DNA of 64,000 nt from Pachysolen tannophilus NRRL Y-2460. Taxonomy: Eukaryota. Of this stretch, positions 11,801 through 23,314 are shown in pieces (the first letter of the stretch is position 1; every line of letters begins with the position of its first letter). Location: the NCBI GenBank assembly GCA_001661245.1, contig KV454012.1:588147-652146 (forward strand), written 5' to 3'. The notes below the pieces were generated by a model. The model made no database searches and had not been told where the DNA came from. It saw only the letters and a list, made by a program, of their open reading frames with translations. A program made the position numbers and the translations under genes.

Positions 11801-14800
11801 TATTTTGATCCGATTATTGAACCGGTCATTGAGGATGTGATGGAAGCGCTTTGGAAACATTTGAGACCCTCTCCATATTTTCATCAGCATTCACATACAA
11901 CATTTCGTATTTTGGGTAAATTGGGAGGAAGAAACCGTAGGTTTTTGAAGCCACCTTCCAATTTGAAAACTGAAGCGGCTGTTTACCAGGAAGTCAATGC
12001 CTTATTTGACATACATGGGATTCCAGATAAAGTTCCAGTTTCAATTACTCCGGGGGTAAATTCTGCTTTATCTTTGTTAATTGATTTACGTCCGAAGATT
12101 CACTACAGAGTCAATGCTTTCAAATATTTAAGTTCAATTTTAAAACTTTTTATTGATACTTCTAATATTCCAGAAAACTACTCTGAAAAAGTTGAAGAAT
12201 GCGTGAATTTTTTGATTCTGGAGCCATCGGCTGAGGATAGTAATGTGGCTTTGCAACCAATCAATGTTAAGGATCCAAGTAAGTTAAATAGACAACAAGA
12301 GTTATTGGAAAGGCTAATAGAAGCCATGTTTTATTCTGTCTCTATTGACGAAATAAAAGAAGAAAGTGAAGAGTTAATTGATGGACTTTGTAAACATATG
12401 ACTTTATTAGCTCTTGCAAGAGCAGCTATTGAAAAACGGAAAGCTGAACGTCCTTTTTCTGTTAATCACTATGAAGGAAAAGTTTTTCTTGATGAACGTG
12501 CACTTTTAAATGCTATTTCATACTCTTTGAGCTTCTATATGGAGGATGTAACAAATTCTGGAATAAAGGCGATCAAAATTATATTTGAGACTAGTGTCAC
12601 AATATTTGGATCGGTTGAAAATGCATTGAAGTTTCCTTTTTTGAAACTAATGTTCAGCACATTTCTTCATAACTGCTATGAAGAAGCTTATTTCACAAAA
12701 CTTGGTGGTTGCATTGGGCTTAAAACGATGATAAATGAGTTGGGAATTCCAATATCATGGGTAGCTGGTCGCCAGAGTGAATTTTGCAGTGCCATGTTTT
12801 TCATCTTACGTGATACACCAGCAGATGTGCCCTCTGAAGTTCGTGATATAGCCAAAAAATTGGTTTTAAAGGTATTGACGGATTGTAACAAAGAAGTATC
12901 TCAAAAAGATGTTTTTGAGCGTCCGTTCCAAATTCTAGTTGGCTTATTAGTCACTGATTTAGCCAATCCATCTCAGATTGTTAGAGAAACTGCTCAAGAA
13001 GCTTTGAATACTTTATCGAAGACCACTCAGGTTCCAGTTGCTGTCTTGATGGATAAATGCAAACATGTTTTACTAGCTCCAATTTTTAGCAAACCGTTAC
13101 GAGCATTACCATTTCCAATGCAAATCGGAAACATTGATGCTATTACATTTTGTTTAGGTCTTGAAAATACTTTTTTGACATTCAATGATGAATTGAACAG
13201 ATTGCTTTCGGAGGCCCTTGCTTTGGTGGATGCTGAAGACGAGTCTTTGATTAGTGCACATCGTATTTATGAGCACAGGACATCGGAGCAACTCATCAAG
13301 CTTCGTGTGGTTTGCATTAAATTGCTTTCGTTAGCTTTGACGAAACCTGATTTTGCTGCTGCCCAACAAGGATCAACTAGAATTCGTGTCTTAGCCGTCT
13401 TCTTCAAGACCTTATGTGCCAAATCTTCGGAAATTATTGATGCATCTCATAATGGTCTTGCTGCTGTATTAGCTCAAAATTCGAAATTACCAAAAGAACT
13501 ATTGCAAAATGGATTACGTCCGATGTTGATGAATTTATCAGACCATAAGAAATTAACTGTTAAGGGGCTCGAAGCGCTTTCGCGTTTACTTGAGCTATTG
13601 ATTTCTTACTTCAAAGTTGAAATTGGTCGTAAATTACTTGACCATTTAATGGCCTGGGCTCAACCAGCTACGCTTCATCAAATAGCTAGTCAAGAATTGG
13701 ACAATAACCCCACTGTAAAAATCATTGTTGCCATTTTGAATATCTTTCATCTTCTACCACCTAAGGCTTATACATTTATGGATGAAATCATGAAAACTCT
13801 ACAGTATCTAGAAGATAACTTGCACCGTCGTCAATACTCGCCGTTTCGTGCTCCGATAGCTAAATTTTTGAACAGATTTTCACAGGAGAGTCTTCAATAT
13901 TTTATTGGTAAATTTGCAACTCGTCCAGTTGGAGCACGGTTTGCTTACTTTGTTGGATTAGAAAGCTGCGATTCACTTCGTACTGCAGTTAAAGAAAATA
14001 TTAATGCTTTCTATCAAAATGTTTCGCAAGAAACAAATAATGATATTAAATGTGTCAAATTTTCTAATTTGGTTGATCTTATTTCTGCCATCTCAGCAAA
14101 TGATAGTGACTGGTTCAAGTCACAGAAAAAATTGCTCTTAGATATTTCTTCAGTGGTAGCAGAGGTTTCGAATATTGAGCTTCTGGCGCCCTTGACTTCC
14201 CCCATCCATTTCTTAGTTAATCAAGGTATTGAAAAATTACAAGAAAATTTTGTTAAATTTTTCTATCTTCAATTAGGAGAAACAGAAGAAGTTATTCTGT
14301 TCATTGATCGCTTATGCACACTTAATATTCCAATATCCTGGGCATTAGAAAATTTTATCTTTGAAAAAGTCATCAAATCTGAAGATGCTGATCTCCGCAA
14401 GCAGTATTTAGTAAAGTCAATTGAATTAGTAACTTCTGAAGAAACATCGTTAAAAACAAGAGTCCACATTTTCAAAAGAATCATTAATTCCATTTTCATT
14501 TATGAAGGCCATAAGAATGGTAATTTGGATGCACTTGTTGAAAGATCTGATGGTTCTGTAAATTCCGAATGGTTAGATCTTATTCATAATAAGATATGGC
14601 GTGCGACTAATAATATTGTAACTATTCATACTGCTGGTAGATCTGATGCTTATAGATTTGAATTATTACAAATGACAGCTGTGTTTATAAAATTTGCTTC
14701 CGATCTTGTTGCTGACTTGCGAAGGGATATGATCAAATTTTGCTGGAACTTCATCAAATTAGAAGACGGTATTACCAAACAAACGGCATATGTTGCTACG

Positions 14801-17800
14801 GCCTATTTTATTGCAGCCTATGACACACCAGTGAAAATTGTTACTCAAGTATTTGTTGCGTTATTGCGTACTCATCTAATTGATACCAGATATCTAGTCA
14901 AACAAGCCCTTGACATATTAGCTCCAGTAATGCCAAAGCGCATGGAAAACACTGGATCTCCTATGAGTTGGTTAAAGTGGCCTCGAAGGGTTATCTCTGA
15001 AGACGGTTTCAATGCAACACAGGTATTGAACGTGTATCAGTTTATTGTTCAGCATTCTGATTTATTCTTTGTTGCTCGTGATCATTTCATACCAAACATA
15101 ATTAATTCTATGGGAAAATTAACAATTTTATCCAACCCTGCTTTGGAGAACCAAATTCTTGCGATTGATCTTGCTCAGCTCATTTTAAACTGGGAGAAAA
15201 AGGCGAAGGAACTAAAACCGGAAAATGCTGATGCAGAGAAAGCTGATGGAAATGCTGAAGCTCTGGAGACGTCAACATCACCATCCGACTCTTTAGATAT
15301 CACTACTCCTAGTTCATATGAGATTCCGTTTGCTCAAAGAGAAGCTTGCATTACGTTTTTAATCAGGTACATCTGTATTAGTCCACAACGTGCTTCGGAG
15401 CATGAACTTGGTCAAAAGGCATTACATATTTTACATGAATTGTTGGGTACTGATTTTTGGCCTGAAGTTACTGTTAAGTTGGCCTTTTTTGAACGTTTTT
15501 TGGTTACAACTGATTTAAATACTAGTAGTTTATTAGGTTATTGCCTCAATGCTCTTGAAGTTCTTACTGTTGCTTTAGAATGGAAGTCTCAAGAATGGAT
15601 CATATCGAACCTTTCGTATCTTGAAAAATTACTAGAAAAATGTTTACGTTCAGACAATCAAGACATCCAAGAAGTTTTGCAACGCGTTTTATCGATAATT
15701 CTTAATGCAATCAACTCTCAGAAAGCATCAGAAGATGAAATGCAATCAGAAGAAATCAAGGCTTTTTTGGCATTGATAGTTAACATTATTTCTGAAGATT
15801 TATCTAATACCTCTTCCGTTGCTGCAGGTGTTACATTATGCTGGACATTGGTTCAATACGATCCGTCATCTTTGGATTCGCTATTACCAACGATCATGCG
15901 TACATTTGGTAGGCTCTGCAAAGATCATATTTCTTTAGCGCATCTGGCACAGTCTCATGACGGTGCAAATGCTTCTTCAACAGATTTTGAAGCTAGGACA
16001 ACAACTCGATTATTAGAGAAAATATTGAATTTAGCTTCAATGAGAATCTCGTACCTTGGAGATCAACGTCGTGTTTTCCTATCCTTGTTAGCACAGTTGA
16101 TTGAAAGGTCTCTTGATAAAGAGACACTTCAAAAAATTATCAAAATCGTTCGAGATTGGGTTTTCACTAAAAACAATCTGTATCCAACAATAAAGGAAAA
16201 AGCTGCTATTTTAACAAAAATGATGGTATTTGAAATTAGAGGTGAACCTTCTTTATCCAACGAATTTTATCAAATTATTGTTGATATATTCGAAGATAAA
16301 TCATTGGCCTGCAGTGAGTTGACTGTTCGTATGGAACAACCATTTTTGGTGGGAACTCGTTTATCAGATGTCAAAATTCGGCAAAAATTGGTTTCTTTGT
16401 TAAATGACAGTTTAGAGGAGGATATCAGTAAAAGGCTTTTTTATATTATTCGTGAACAAAATTGGGAATACCTTGGAGACTATCCTTGGTTGAATCAAGC
16501 TTTACAATTACTTTATGGATCATTTGATTTTGATTATGAACTTAAACTTGAAAATTCTGAGTACAAATTTGCTTCATTATCGGACATTGAAGAAGGATTG
16601 ACTATCAATGAAGTCGATAAAAAAGTTAAGGAGACTATCAAATCTGAATCAACAGAAAGTAATGACAAGACGGTGAAGGATCAGGAGGATTTATCCGAGG
16701 ACAAGAAAACGGATGCAGAAAGTTCTGATCTAAAAGAAAAAGTTGAGGATGTCAATCTGGAAGATAAAGACGAAGATGTAAAGGTTACTACTGAAGAGGA
16801 TGTAACAGAAGAGAAAACTTTGAAGACTAGTGTTATTGATGAAAATGCGAAACTGAAACTTCAGGAGTTTCTAAATAATCATCAGAGCTTTATTAAATCA
16901 ACGAGTTTGCTTAAGACTGGAGATCTCATCGTTCCATTTACTGACCTTTTATATCAGAGTGCAGAAACAATACATGCTGCGTGGGTTAATCTTTTTCCTA
17001 TTGCTTGTTCAAAATCTATTCCTCGTCGTGATGAAATGGACTTCACCCGTTATTTAGTCCAGTTGCTATCTAAGGATTATCATGCTCGTCAACAAGATAG
17101 CCGCCCAAATGTTATTATTTCATTATTGGAAGGAATATCTAAGTGTTCTGAGTTTCAACTACCACCTCACCTAGTAAAATATCTTGGTGTAAACTTTGAT
17201 TCGTGGTACCCAGCAATTAAGATTCTTGAAGATATTGATGCGAACCCAATAGTAGAAAATGATAAGATTCGTCAAACTAATCAAGATGCTCTTCTTGAAA
17301 TGTACTCGAGTTTGCAGGAGGATGATATGTTTTACGGTCTATGGAGAAGACGCGCAAAATATTCTGAGACTAATATTGCTCTTTCATATGAGCAAATTGG
17401 ATTATGGGATAAAGCTATTCAACTTTACGAAGCTGCCCAAATTAAAGCTCGTAGCGGAGTTTTACCTTTTAGCGAATCTGAGTATTCTCTTTGGGAAGAT
17501 AATTGGATTTTATGTGCAGAAAAGTTACAGCATTGGGATATTTTAACCGAACTCGCTAAGCATGAAGGTTTCACTGATTTGTTACTTGAATGTGGCTGGA
17601 GAGTTGCTGATTGGACTGCTGATAGGGAACCTCTTGAGCAAGCTGTAAAAACTGTTATGGATGTTCCTACTCCACGTCGTCAAGTTTTTCAAACTTTCTT
17701 ATGTTTACAAGGATTTGCGCAACAGAAGGATACATTGCAGGAAGTATCTCGATACTGCGATGAAGGTATTCAGTTGGCATTGCGTAAATGGCATTCTTTG

Positions 17801-20632
17801 CCTGAACGATTTACAAATGCGCATGTGGCTCTATTACATACCTTTCAACAATATGTTGAGTTTATGGAAGCTAGTCAAGTTTATGGTAGCCTTTCGACTA
17901 CTAGTGCTCAAAATCTAGACGTGAAATCACAGGAGCTCAAGCGTGTATTACAAGCTTGGCGTGAGCGTTTGCCAAACACTTGGGATGACATAAACATCTG
18001 GAATGATCTTGTAACTTGGCGTCAGCATGCATTTGGAGTTATTAATCGTGTTTATATGCCGTTTATTCCAGCATTACAACAGGCAAATGGAAATAACAAT
18101 GCCAATTCATACGCTTATCGTGGATATCACGAAATTGCTTGGGTTATAAATAGATTCGCTCATGTTGCCCGGAAACATGATATGCCAGAAGTCTGTATAA
18201 ATCAATTAACTAAAATTTATACACTTCCAAATATTGAGATTCAAGAAGCTTTTTTGAAGCTTAGGGAACAAGCAAAATGTCATTATCAAAACGAGAACGA
18301 ATTAAATACTGGTCTAGATGTCATTAGTAATACTAATCTTGTTTATTTTGCAACCCAGCAAAAAGCTGAATTTTTCACATTGAAGGGAATGTTTTTAGCT
18401 AAGTTAAATGTTATGGAGGAGGCCAATCAAGCTTTTGCCACAGCGGTTCAAATTGATTTGAATTTGCCAAAAGCATGGGCTGAATGGGGGTTTTTCAACG
18501 ATCGAAGATTCAAAGAAAATCCTAATGAAATATTTTATGCAAACAATGCAATCAGCTGCTACTTACAGGCTGCTGGTCTCTATAAATGTGGTAAGACAAG
18601 AAAATTGCTCAGTAGAATTCTTTGGCTTGTCAGCTTAGATGATGCTACAGGAACCTTAGCTTCTGCTTTTGAAACTTACCGCGGAGAAGTTCCAGTTTGG
18701 TATTGGATTACATTTATCCCACAATTGTTGACATCATTGTCGCATAAAGAAGCTAGATTGGTACGTCAAGTTTTGATCAATATTGCGAGAACATATCCCC
18801 AAGCTTTACATTTTCAACTTAGGACCACTAAGGAGGATTTTGCTGTTATCAAAAGAGACGTCACAGCCCGTCAAACACCAACTAACCCTACCGATGGTGA
18901 TGGTAATGCTGGTCAATCACAAACAGGAACACCACAACTTGGGCAGGCTACTCCTCATGCTGCTTCTATTGGGTTTAGTCCAATTGGTTCTCGTCAACCA
19001 TGGGAACATGTTGAAGAAATTATGGGTATTTTGAAAACGGCTTATCCTCTACTTGCTCTTTCTTTAGAGTCATTAGTGGATCAAATTACGCAAAGATTCA
19101 AATGCAGTAGTGATGAAGATGTTTACAGACTTGTTGTTGCATTGTATAATGATGGTGTTTCATACCTCAACCGTTTAGGAAATCCAACTCAAGATGCTAA
19201 ATTACCTCCTTCTACTGAAGTTAATATTAGTAAATTTGCTGACACTGTTCTACCAAGAAATATCAGAGCAGAATTTGAACAAGATGTTATAACAAGTAAA
19301 CCAAATTTGGAAACTTATATATCGAAATTGAGGAGATGGCGTGATCGTATGGAATTGAAGTTGGATAGAAGATTTAACAAGATTAACTTAGAAATTTTAT
19401 GTCCACATCTTAGCGAATTCCATCACAAGAAATTTGAGTATATCGAAATTCCTGGACAATATTTATTAAATAAAGACAACAATAGCCATTTTATAAAAAT
19501 TGAACGGTTCTTCCCTGTGGTCGATTTAGTTCGTGGTCCGGCTTCGTGTTACAAACGGTTGACAATTCGTGGTCATGACGGTAGTTTACATCCATTCGCT
19601 GTACAATTCCCGGCTGCACGCCATTGTCGTCGTGAAGAACGTATTTTCCAGCTCTTCCGCATATTTAACGAAGCTTTGTCGAGTAAAGTTCAGACTCGTC
19701 GTCGTAATATTCAATTTACTTTACCAACTGCTGTTCCATTATCTCCTCATATCCGTATTATGACAGATGATAAGAGATATGTTAATATGTTATCGATTTA
19801 TGAAGAGTACTGTCGTCAAAATAATCAAAGCCGTGATGAACCACTTGCTTATACTATTCAAAAATTACGTGCTGCTTTTGACCCACGTTTACCAAAACCT
19901 GATTTAATCAGTATAAGGACAGAAATTTTAGCTGCTATCCAATCATTATTGGTTCCAGGTACAGTTCTAAAAGATTATTTCACAAAATTGTATCCAAAAT
20001 TTGAGGATTTCTGGTTATTTCGGAAACAGTTTACTTCGCAATATGCAACATTCATCTTCACTACTTATATGATGTCCATAAATAGTCGTCAACCTCAAAA
20101 AATCCATATAAACCATGGATCTGGTAATATTTGGACTTCTGAAATGCTTCCATGTAAGATTGCTTGTGGAAGGACTACCAGTACAGCTTTCAAAGATAGT
20201 ACTTTGGATATCTCGAATCAACGTGCTGCTCCTTTATTACATAACGCAGAACCTATTCCGTTCCGTTTAACACCTAATATTCAGAAACTTATTGGTGAAG
20301 CTGGATTAGAGGGTATATTATCTGTCAATGTTTTAACCATTGCCAACAGTCTTTCAGATCCAGATTTTGATATGGAACAATATCTTAGTTTGTTTGTGCG
20401 TGACGAAATTATTTCTTGGTTTACTCAACAACATCGTCCAAGTGCTCAAGATCCGCAATTACGTGAAATTGTTAGAGTTAATGTAGAGCTACTTGTCAAG
20501 CGTGTTCTGCAACTTGGAAGTCAAGGTACAAAACCTGGAGTTGCTTCGCAATTTGTTTTAGATTTGATTGCCCAGGCAGTCAATCCTCGTAATCTTGCCG
20601 CAATTGATACTTTATGGATGTCATATCTTTAG
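8864..20632 (+). CDS. TRA1: Tra1/TRRAP pseudo-PIKK subunit of SAGA and NuA4
   Basis: 3922-aa HEAT-FAT-PI3K-like-FATC protein; RPLAYSTVADFIH, QFPAARHCRREER, PFRLTPNIQ, C-terminal PRNLAAIDTLWMSYL. Confidence 0.98.
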   Translation: MSYTVHLDGFASKLSDQSTDFKTKTSLLSELCDMIETFNGTQEYEYFLKTLVPIFLNNLESVPITFMSSTHEHKLRNLILKIIHRSAMNDIFKPYANDILESLMKLLKTENEENGVLCMKIITSLHKSYKQDLGEKVGPFVDIIVEIYTNMPQVVEETFNNPNLQSQSQSQSQSQAQSQSPNINNSASSPLANQSPRPLSPSLSPNDESQTKILAKSMHSFKTLAECPITMVSLYSSYRNLIQTSMPTFLPHVIDILSLQAKPQQDARLLAEQKNERLISLTPAIKNRAAFCDFILGQVKAASFVAYIFIRGYALNIMTNFTDIIPDLIIRLLQDCPSELSAARKELLHATRHILSTSFRTMFIPKIDLLFDDRVLIGDGLTSYETLRPLAYSTVADFIHNVRAELTPEQIWKTVRIYCKNLQDSSLALTVQIMSAKLLLNLVERVMKLPSKLESRQLFMLIIDAYAKRFASLNRQHDYIMHQHDLYTKKKQEKEKLQENLLVKRNSLELLKNNQQQKTLKTEENGTKQHDKLNIEDVEMKHADDELKEEENNHNQEEENEQQQKNSDEKMQIDEDGDQNDEKMNDAEESTESRKVKSEENEEPKQVKKIQEKLEKPDSEADQKEELCIFNIDQVSATVIAPKSTTDPLKDSRYLFRTLMSFLKSVIFGLKNCNPSPPSNDYNSQTWNSSARIFTNEELNILRNLYKEGISGLRFFRSFKPTLPPQLAKHSFDITGPNLPITSSKDEKDLMEIFATMFIHIDPATFNEIVQSEMPFLYVSVLENAALLHIPQFFLASEITTSNFSGILISFLKTKLPELGEVDIIKSSILMRLFKLCFMSVNLFPSANESVIVPHLNELILDSLKLTTTAKEPLDYFYLIRTLFRSIAGGRFENLYKEIMPLLQVFLESLSRMIETARRPHERDIYVELCLTVPVRLCVLVPHLSYLMRPLVYALNGSQELVSQGLRTLELCVDNFTAEYFDPIIEPVIEDVMEALWKHLRPSPYFHQHSHTTFRILGKLGGRNRRFLKPPSNLKTEAAVYQEVNALFDIHGIPDKVPVSITPGVNSALSLLIDLRPKIHYRVNAFKYLSSILKLFIDTSNIPENYSEKVEECVNFLILEPSAEDSNVALQPINVKDPSKLNRQQELLERLIEAMFYSVSIDEIKEESEELIDGLCKHMTLLALARAAIEKRKAERPFSVNHYEGKVFLDERALLNAISYSLSFYMEDVTNSGIKAIKIIFETSVTIFGSVENALKFPFLKLMFSTFLHNCYEEAYFTKLGGCIGLKTMINELGIPISWVAGRQSEFCSAMFFILRDTPADVPSEVRDIAKKLVLKVLTDCNKEVSQKDVFERPFQILVGLLVTDLANPSQIVRETAQEALNTLSKTTQVPVAVLMDKCKHVLLAPIFSKPLRALPFPMQIGNIDAITFCLGLENTFLTFNDELNRLLSEALALVDAEDESLISAHRIYEHRTSEQLIKLRVVCIKLLSLALTKPDFAAAQQGSTRIRVLAVFFKTLCAKSSEIIDASHNGLAAVLAQNSKLPKELLQNGLRPMLMNLSDHKKLTVKGLEALSRLLELLISYFKVEIGRKLLDHLMAWAQPATLHQIASQELDNNPTVKIIVAILNIFHLLPPKAYTFMDEIMKTLQYLEDNLHRRQYSPFRAPIAKFLNRFSQESLQYFIGKFATRPVGARFAYFVGLESCDSLRTAVKENINAFYQNVSQETNNDIKCVKFSNLVDLISAISANDSDWFKSQKKLLLDISSVVAEVSNIELLAPLTSPIHFLVNQGIEKLQENFVKFFYLQLGETEEVILFIDRLCTLNIPISWALENFIFEKVIKSEDADLRKQYLVKSIELVTSEETSLKTRVHIFKRIINSIFIYEGHKNGNLDALVERSDGSVNSEWLDLIHNKIWRATNNIVTIHTAGRSDAYRFELLQMTAVFIKFASDLVADLRRDMIKFCWNFIKLEDGITKQTAYVATAYFIAAYDTPVKIVTQVFVALLRTHLIDTRYLVKQALDILAPVMPKRMENTGSPMSWLKWPRRVISEDGFNATQVLNVYQFIVQHSDLFFVARDHFIPNIINSMGKLTILSNPALENQILAIDLAQLILNWEKKAKELKPENADAEKADGNAEALETSTSPSDSLDITTPSSYEIPFAQREACITFLIRYICISPQRASEHELGQKALHILHELLGTDFWPEVTVKLAFFERFLVTTDLNTSSLLGYCLNALEVLTVALEWKSQEWIISNLSYLEKLLEKCLRSDNQDIQEVLQRVLSIILNAINSQKASEDEMQSEEIKAFLALIVNIISEDLSNTSSVAAGVTLCWTLVQYDPSSLDSLLPTIMRTFGRLCKDHISLAHLAQSHDGANASSTDFEARTTTRLLEKILNLASMRISYLGDQRRVFLSLLAQLIERSLDKETLQKIIKIVRDWVFTKNNLYPTIKEKAAILTKMMVFEIRGEPSLSNEFYQIIVDIFEDKSLACSELTVRMEQPFLVGTRLSDVKIRQKLVSLLNDSLEEDISKRLFYIIREQNWEYLGDYPWLNQALQLLYGSFDFDYELKLENSEYKFASLSDIEEGLTINEVDKKVKETIKSESTESNDKTVKDQEDLSEDKKTDAESSDLKEKVEDVNLEDKDEDVKVTTEEDVTEEKTLKTSVIDENAKLKLQEFLNNHQSFIKSTSLLKTGDLIVPFTDLLYQSAETIHAAWVNLFPIACSKSIPRRDEMDFTRYLVQLLSKDYHARQQDSRPNVIISLLEGISKCSEFQLPPHLVKYLGVNFDSWYPAIKILEDIDANPIVENDKIRQTNQDALLEMYSSLQEDDMFYGLWRRRAKYSETNIALSYEQIGLWDKAIQLYEAAQIKARSGVLPFSESEYSLWEDNWILCAEKLQHWDILTELAKHEGFTDLLLECGWRVADWTADREPLEQAVKTVMDVPTPRRQVFQTFLCLQGFAQQKDTLQEVSRYCDEGIQLALRKWHSLPERFTNAHVALLHTFQQYVEFMEASQVYGSLSTTSAQNLDVKSQELKRVLQAWRERLPNTWDDINIWNDLVTWRQHAFGVINRVYMPFIPALQQANGNNNANSYAYRGYHEIAWVINRFAHVARKHDMPEVCINQLTKIYTLPNIEIQEAFLKLREQAKCHYQNENELNTGLDVISNTNLVYFATQQKAEFFTLKGMFLAKLNVMEEANQAFATAVQIDLNLPKAWAEWGFFNDRRFKENPNEIFYANNAISCYLQAAGLYKCGKTRKLLSRILWLVSLDDATGTLASAFETYRGEVPVWYWITFIPQLLTSLSHKEARLVRQVLINIARTYPQALHFQLRTTKEDFAVIKRDVTARQTPTNPTDGDGNAGQSQTGTPQLGQATPHAASIGFSPIGSRQPWEHVEEIMGILKTAYPLLALSLESLVDQITQRFKCSSDEDVYRLVVALYNDGVSYLNRLGNPTQDAKLPPSTEVNISKFADTVLPRNIRAEFEQDVITSKPNLETYISKLRRWRDRMELKLDRRFNKINLEILCPHLSEFHHKKFEYIEIPGQYLLNKDNNSHFIKIERFFPVVDLVRGPASCYKRLTIRGHDGSLHPFAVQFPAARHCRREERIFQLFRIFNEALSSKVQTRRRNIQFTLPTAVPLSPHIRIMTDDKRYVNMLSIYEEYCRQNNQSRDEPLAYTIQKLRAAFDPRLPKPDLISIRTEILAAIQSLLVPGTVLKDYFTKLYPKFEDFWLFRKQFTSQYATFIFTTYMMSINSRQPQKIHINHGSGNIWTSEMLPCKIACGRTTSTAFKDSTLDISNQRAAPLLHNAEPIPFRLTPNIQKLIGEAGLEGILSVNVLTIANSLSDPDFDMEQYLSLFVRDEIISWFTQQHRPSAQDPQLREIVRVNVELLVKRVLQLGSQGTKPGVASQFVLDLIAQAVNPRNLAAIDTLWMSYL

Positions 20633-20927
20633 GCGTCATTCTATATTTTTCATAAAATATTATTGCTCTTTTTCTTTTTCTTTTTCTTTTATTTTCTTTT
20701 TTTTTTTATTAAATTTATTATTTTTATTCAATGTTCAAAGATCAGTATGTATTTTTATTTACTTTAAATTTAGTTTTATTTTACAAGCTAGAAGTTCAAA
20801 CATTTCATTTTAATGGAAAATTTTTGTTAATAGGTAATATATATATATATATATATTTAATGTATTTTACGACTATTGTTTTTCAGCTCCATCATAGTGA
20901 AAACAACTTTTATGACAACTGGATTGA

Positions 20928-21883
20928 TTATACGAGAAACTGTTTTTCAAGTTGCGACCGATAAATAGTTGGGATCTCATTTTTCTGATTAGCATGTTGT
21001 TCAGTAGATCTATCAGTCATATTTAGTTTTCTTCTTAAACATATGTAATAAAATAAAGAATTAAAAACGCTTGTTAAAAAGCATAAAGAATTAACTGTTA
21101 GACTAAGACATGCCATAACTCTAACAAAAGTTGTCATGTCCACCTCTACTTTCTCAGACCCGACTGTATTACCTTTGTTATCAACTTGATCGACATAACT
21201 ATAGCCCATTGTTTTATTACTTCCAAAACAACGAATTGTCAGGATTAAACTGAGTATAACCCCAATAAATTGGATTCCAGATAAAGAACAAATCACTCCA
21301 AAGGAAAAAATATTTATGTTACTTTCAATCACCACTTGAAATGAAAAAATGAAAACGAAAACCTTTCCAAATAAATATTAAAAGTTAGAATTATCTTATA
21401 ATCTTTTTGCAATTCCCATATATCTTGCAAAAAAAAAAAAAAAAAAAAAAATGGTAAAACACTTACACTGAGCAAATTAAATAAAGCTGAAAACAATTGG
21501 GTTACAGGTCTATCTTTGATATCATCCATTTCCATTAACAAAAGGGACATCAAGTACATGAGAGCTACAAACACATAAAAGCCTGGAATTGAAACTGATA
21601 AAAATTCCAAAAGCTTAACGTTTTTGCTTGGTGGATAAGTTGATATAAAAGCACCATATCTGAAAATTCTATTTTGTTGAACTGGAGCATCAAGACTTAT
21701 ATCTTCCATTACTGGTAAATTATCATTCAGCAAATTTTCTTCCTCATATGATTGAAAATTACTAAGATTTATAGATTCCAATTCATTTCTATATGCATGT
21801 GATGGTGGACCCAAACTATTGCCAAGCTCAACATGGTGATGATTCCCATTACTATCTCGATTATCCATATTCCCACTGCTCAT
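20928..21883 (-). CDS. Unknown multi-pass membrane protein (~283 aa), one intron at 21363-21466
   Basis: GTAAGT..TTCTAAC..AAG intron joins ORFs 21329-21883 and 20928-21335 in frame (LFNLLS|VFVFIFSFQVVIES); several hydrophobic segments. Confidence 0.7.
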
Positions 21884-22149
21884 TCTTCAAACTCTCAACT
21901 CCAACAAAACCCCTTTAAAATGAAATTGAAGCGAAATAGCAACCTCTGCTCAACATATATAACCATTTTCTCTTGTACTTCAATTTATTGTATATGTGTA
22001 ACATTATGCATATGCATCTTTCTTTCAACTTTTTTTTTTATTATTCACACAAAAGACATTCAAGAAATCATGAATTGAAATTTTCTTTATACAAGTAATG
22101 GATATATGTATAGTTCATGTAATTGTTCCTAGTTCTTAGCTTTCAAATC

Positions 22150-22899
22150 TTATTTCTCTTTAGTGTTCAATTTTGGTAATGGTGGCTTTACGTTATTTCT
22201 AGACAAATAATTAAAGAAATTTCTTTCAATTTTACAAATCAAACTATTATTTGGGAATACTCCATCTCTAACCCATATTCCGTATGATCCCATCATGTTG
22301 GCCATTAAGATATCGGTGAATAATCTATCACCTATAACAGCAACTTCGTGTGGTCCACTAACAGTATTATTCTTATAAAAATAATCCATAATTTCTTTGT
22401 GACATCCCGGTTTCTTGGTAGAGTGTCTCAAAACAGTCACACCAGTTTCCGATTCAATCTTCAAAGCCTGTTTATGCCCAGCATCATCATCAGTCCCAGC
22501 AGAGTTACTCACAATAAGCAACTGAGCACCGGGATAAGCTTTTCTTAAACTTGACCAAGTCTCCTATAAGTAAAAAAAAAAAATAAAAAAAAAAATTGGG
22601 GGAAAAGTAGGAAAAGTCAGTATACTCTCTTTACTTACTGAATTGAAGTTCAATCAATTATTTACTAGATACATCAAGCTTACCTGATACTCTGGCCATA
22701 CCCTATCTTCATGTGCTTTGGCAAAACAATTATCCTTATCCAACACCACAGCTTTAATACTAACATCCGATGATTTAATCTTGGACAGAATACTCAATGG
22801 ATTTGGTATATCGTTAAACGTTGAAACACTCATATGCGGCATACAGTAATTCGGATTCCAAAATAACCTCAACACATTTATCGTAGCACTAACATTCAT
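22150..22899 (-). CDS. GEP4: Mitochondrial phosphatidylglycerophosphatase Gep4, intron at 22564-22683
   Basis: AVVLDKDNCF, LIVSNSAG, KKPGC and VIGDRLFTDI HAD motifs; GTAAGC..TACTGAC..TAG intron restores the frame. Confidence 0.93.
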
Positions 22900-23314
22900 T
22901 ATCCACTCTTCTTCCACCAATATCTAACTATCCAATCTCTATACTCTCTATACTCTCAACACTCTTGCAATTAATAAATTAAATTCAAAAGCTCTTCTCG
23001 TCAGGCTCTTTGGCCAATAAATTTGTGGTCGTTTGTGAAAAATCAAGAGTGAAAATTTTTGATGTCTTCCATGAGAAGCCAAAAAATACTAACAAATGGA
23101 CTAAATTATAATGAAGTTGATGTTAAAATTAATAAGTTATTTAACATTTGCTTTGAGCGATTGTTGAGGTATCAGGTTGATAGCTGTGTTTTTCATTTCT
23201 GGCTTTGATTTTGGTTGCCCTTTTTTTTTGCAAAGTTTTTATTTTAACTGGAGTGGGGATTTTATTTTTTTGATTTTGATTTGCTGTTGTATTGTCGGAT
23301 GACAAAGGGTACTA

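Noticed and set aside
9379..20221. Many short antisense or alternative-frame ORFs inside TRA1 and other genes
   Set aside because: Shadow ORFs with no recognisable motifs
21428..21451. Apparent frameshift at a poly-A run between two ORFs
   Set aside because: The run lies inside a canonical intron
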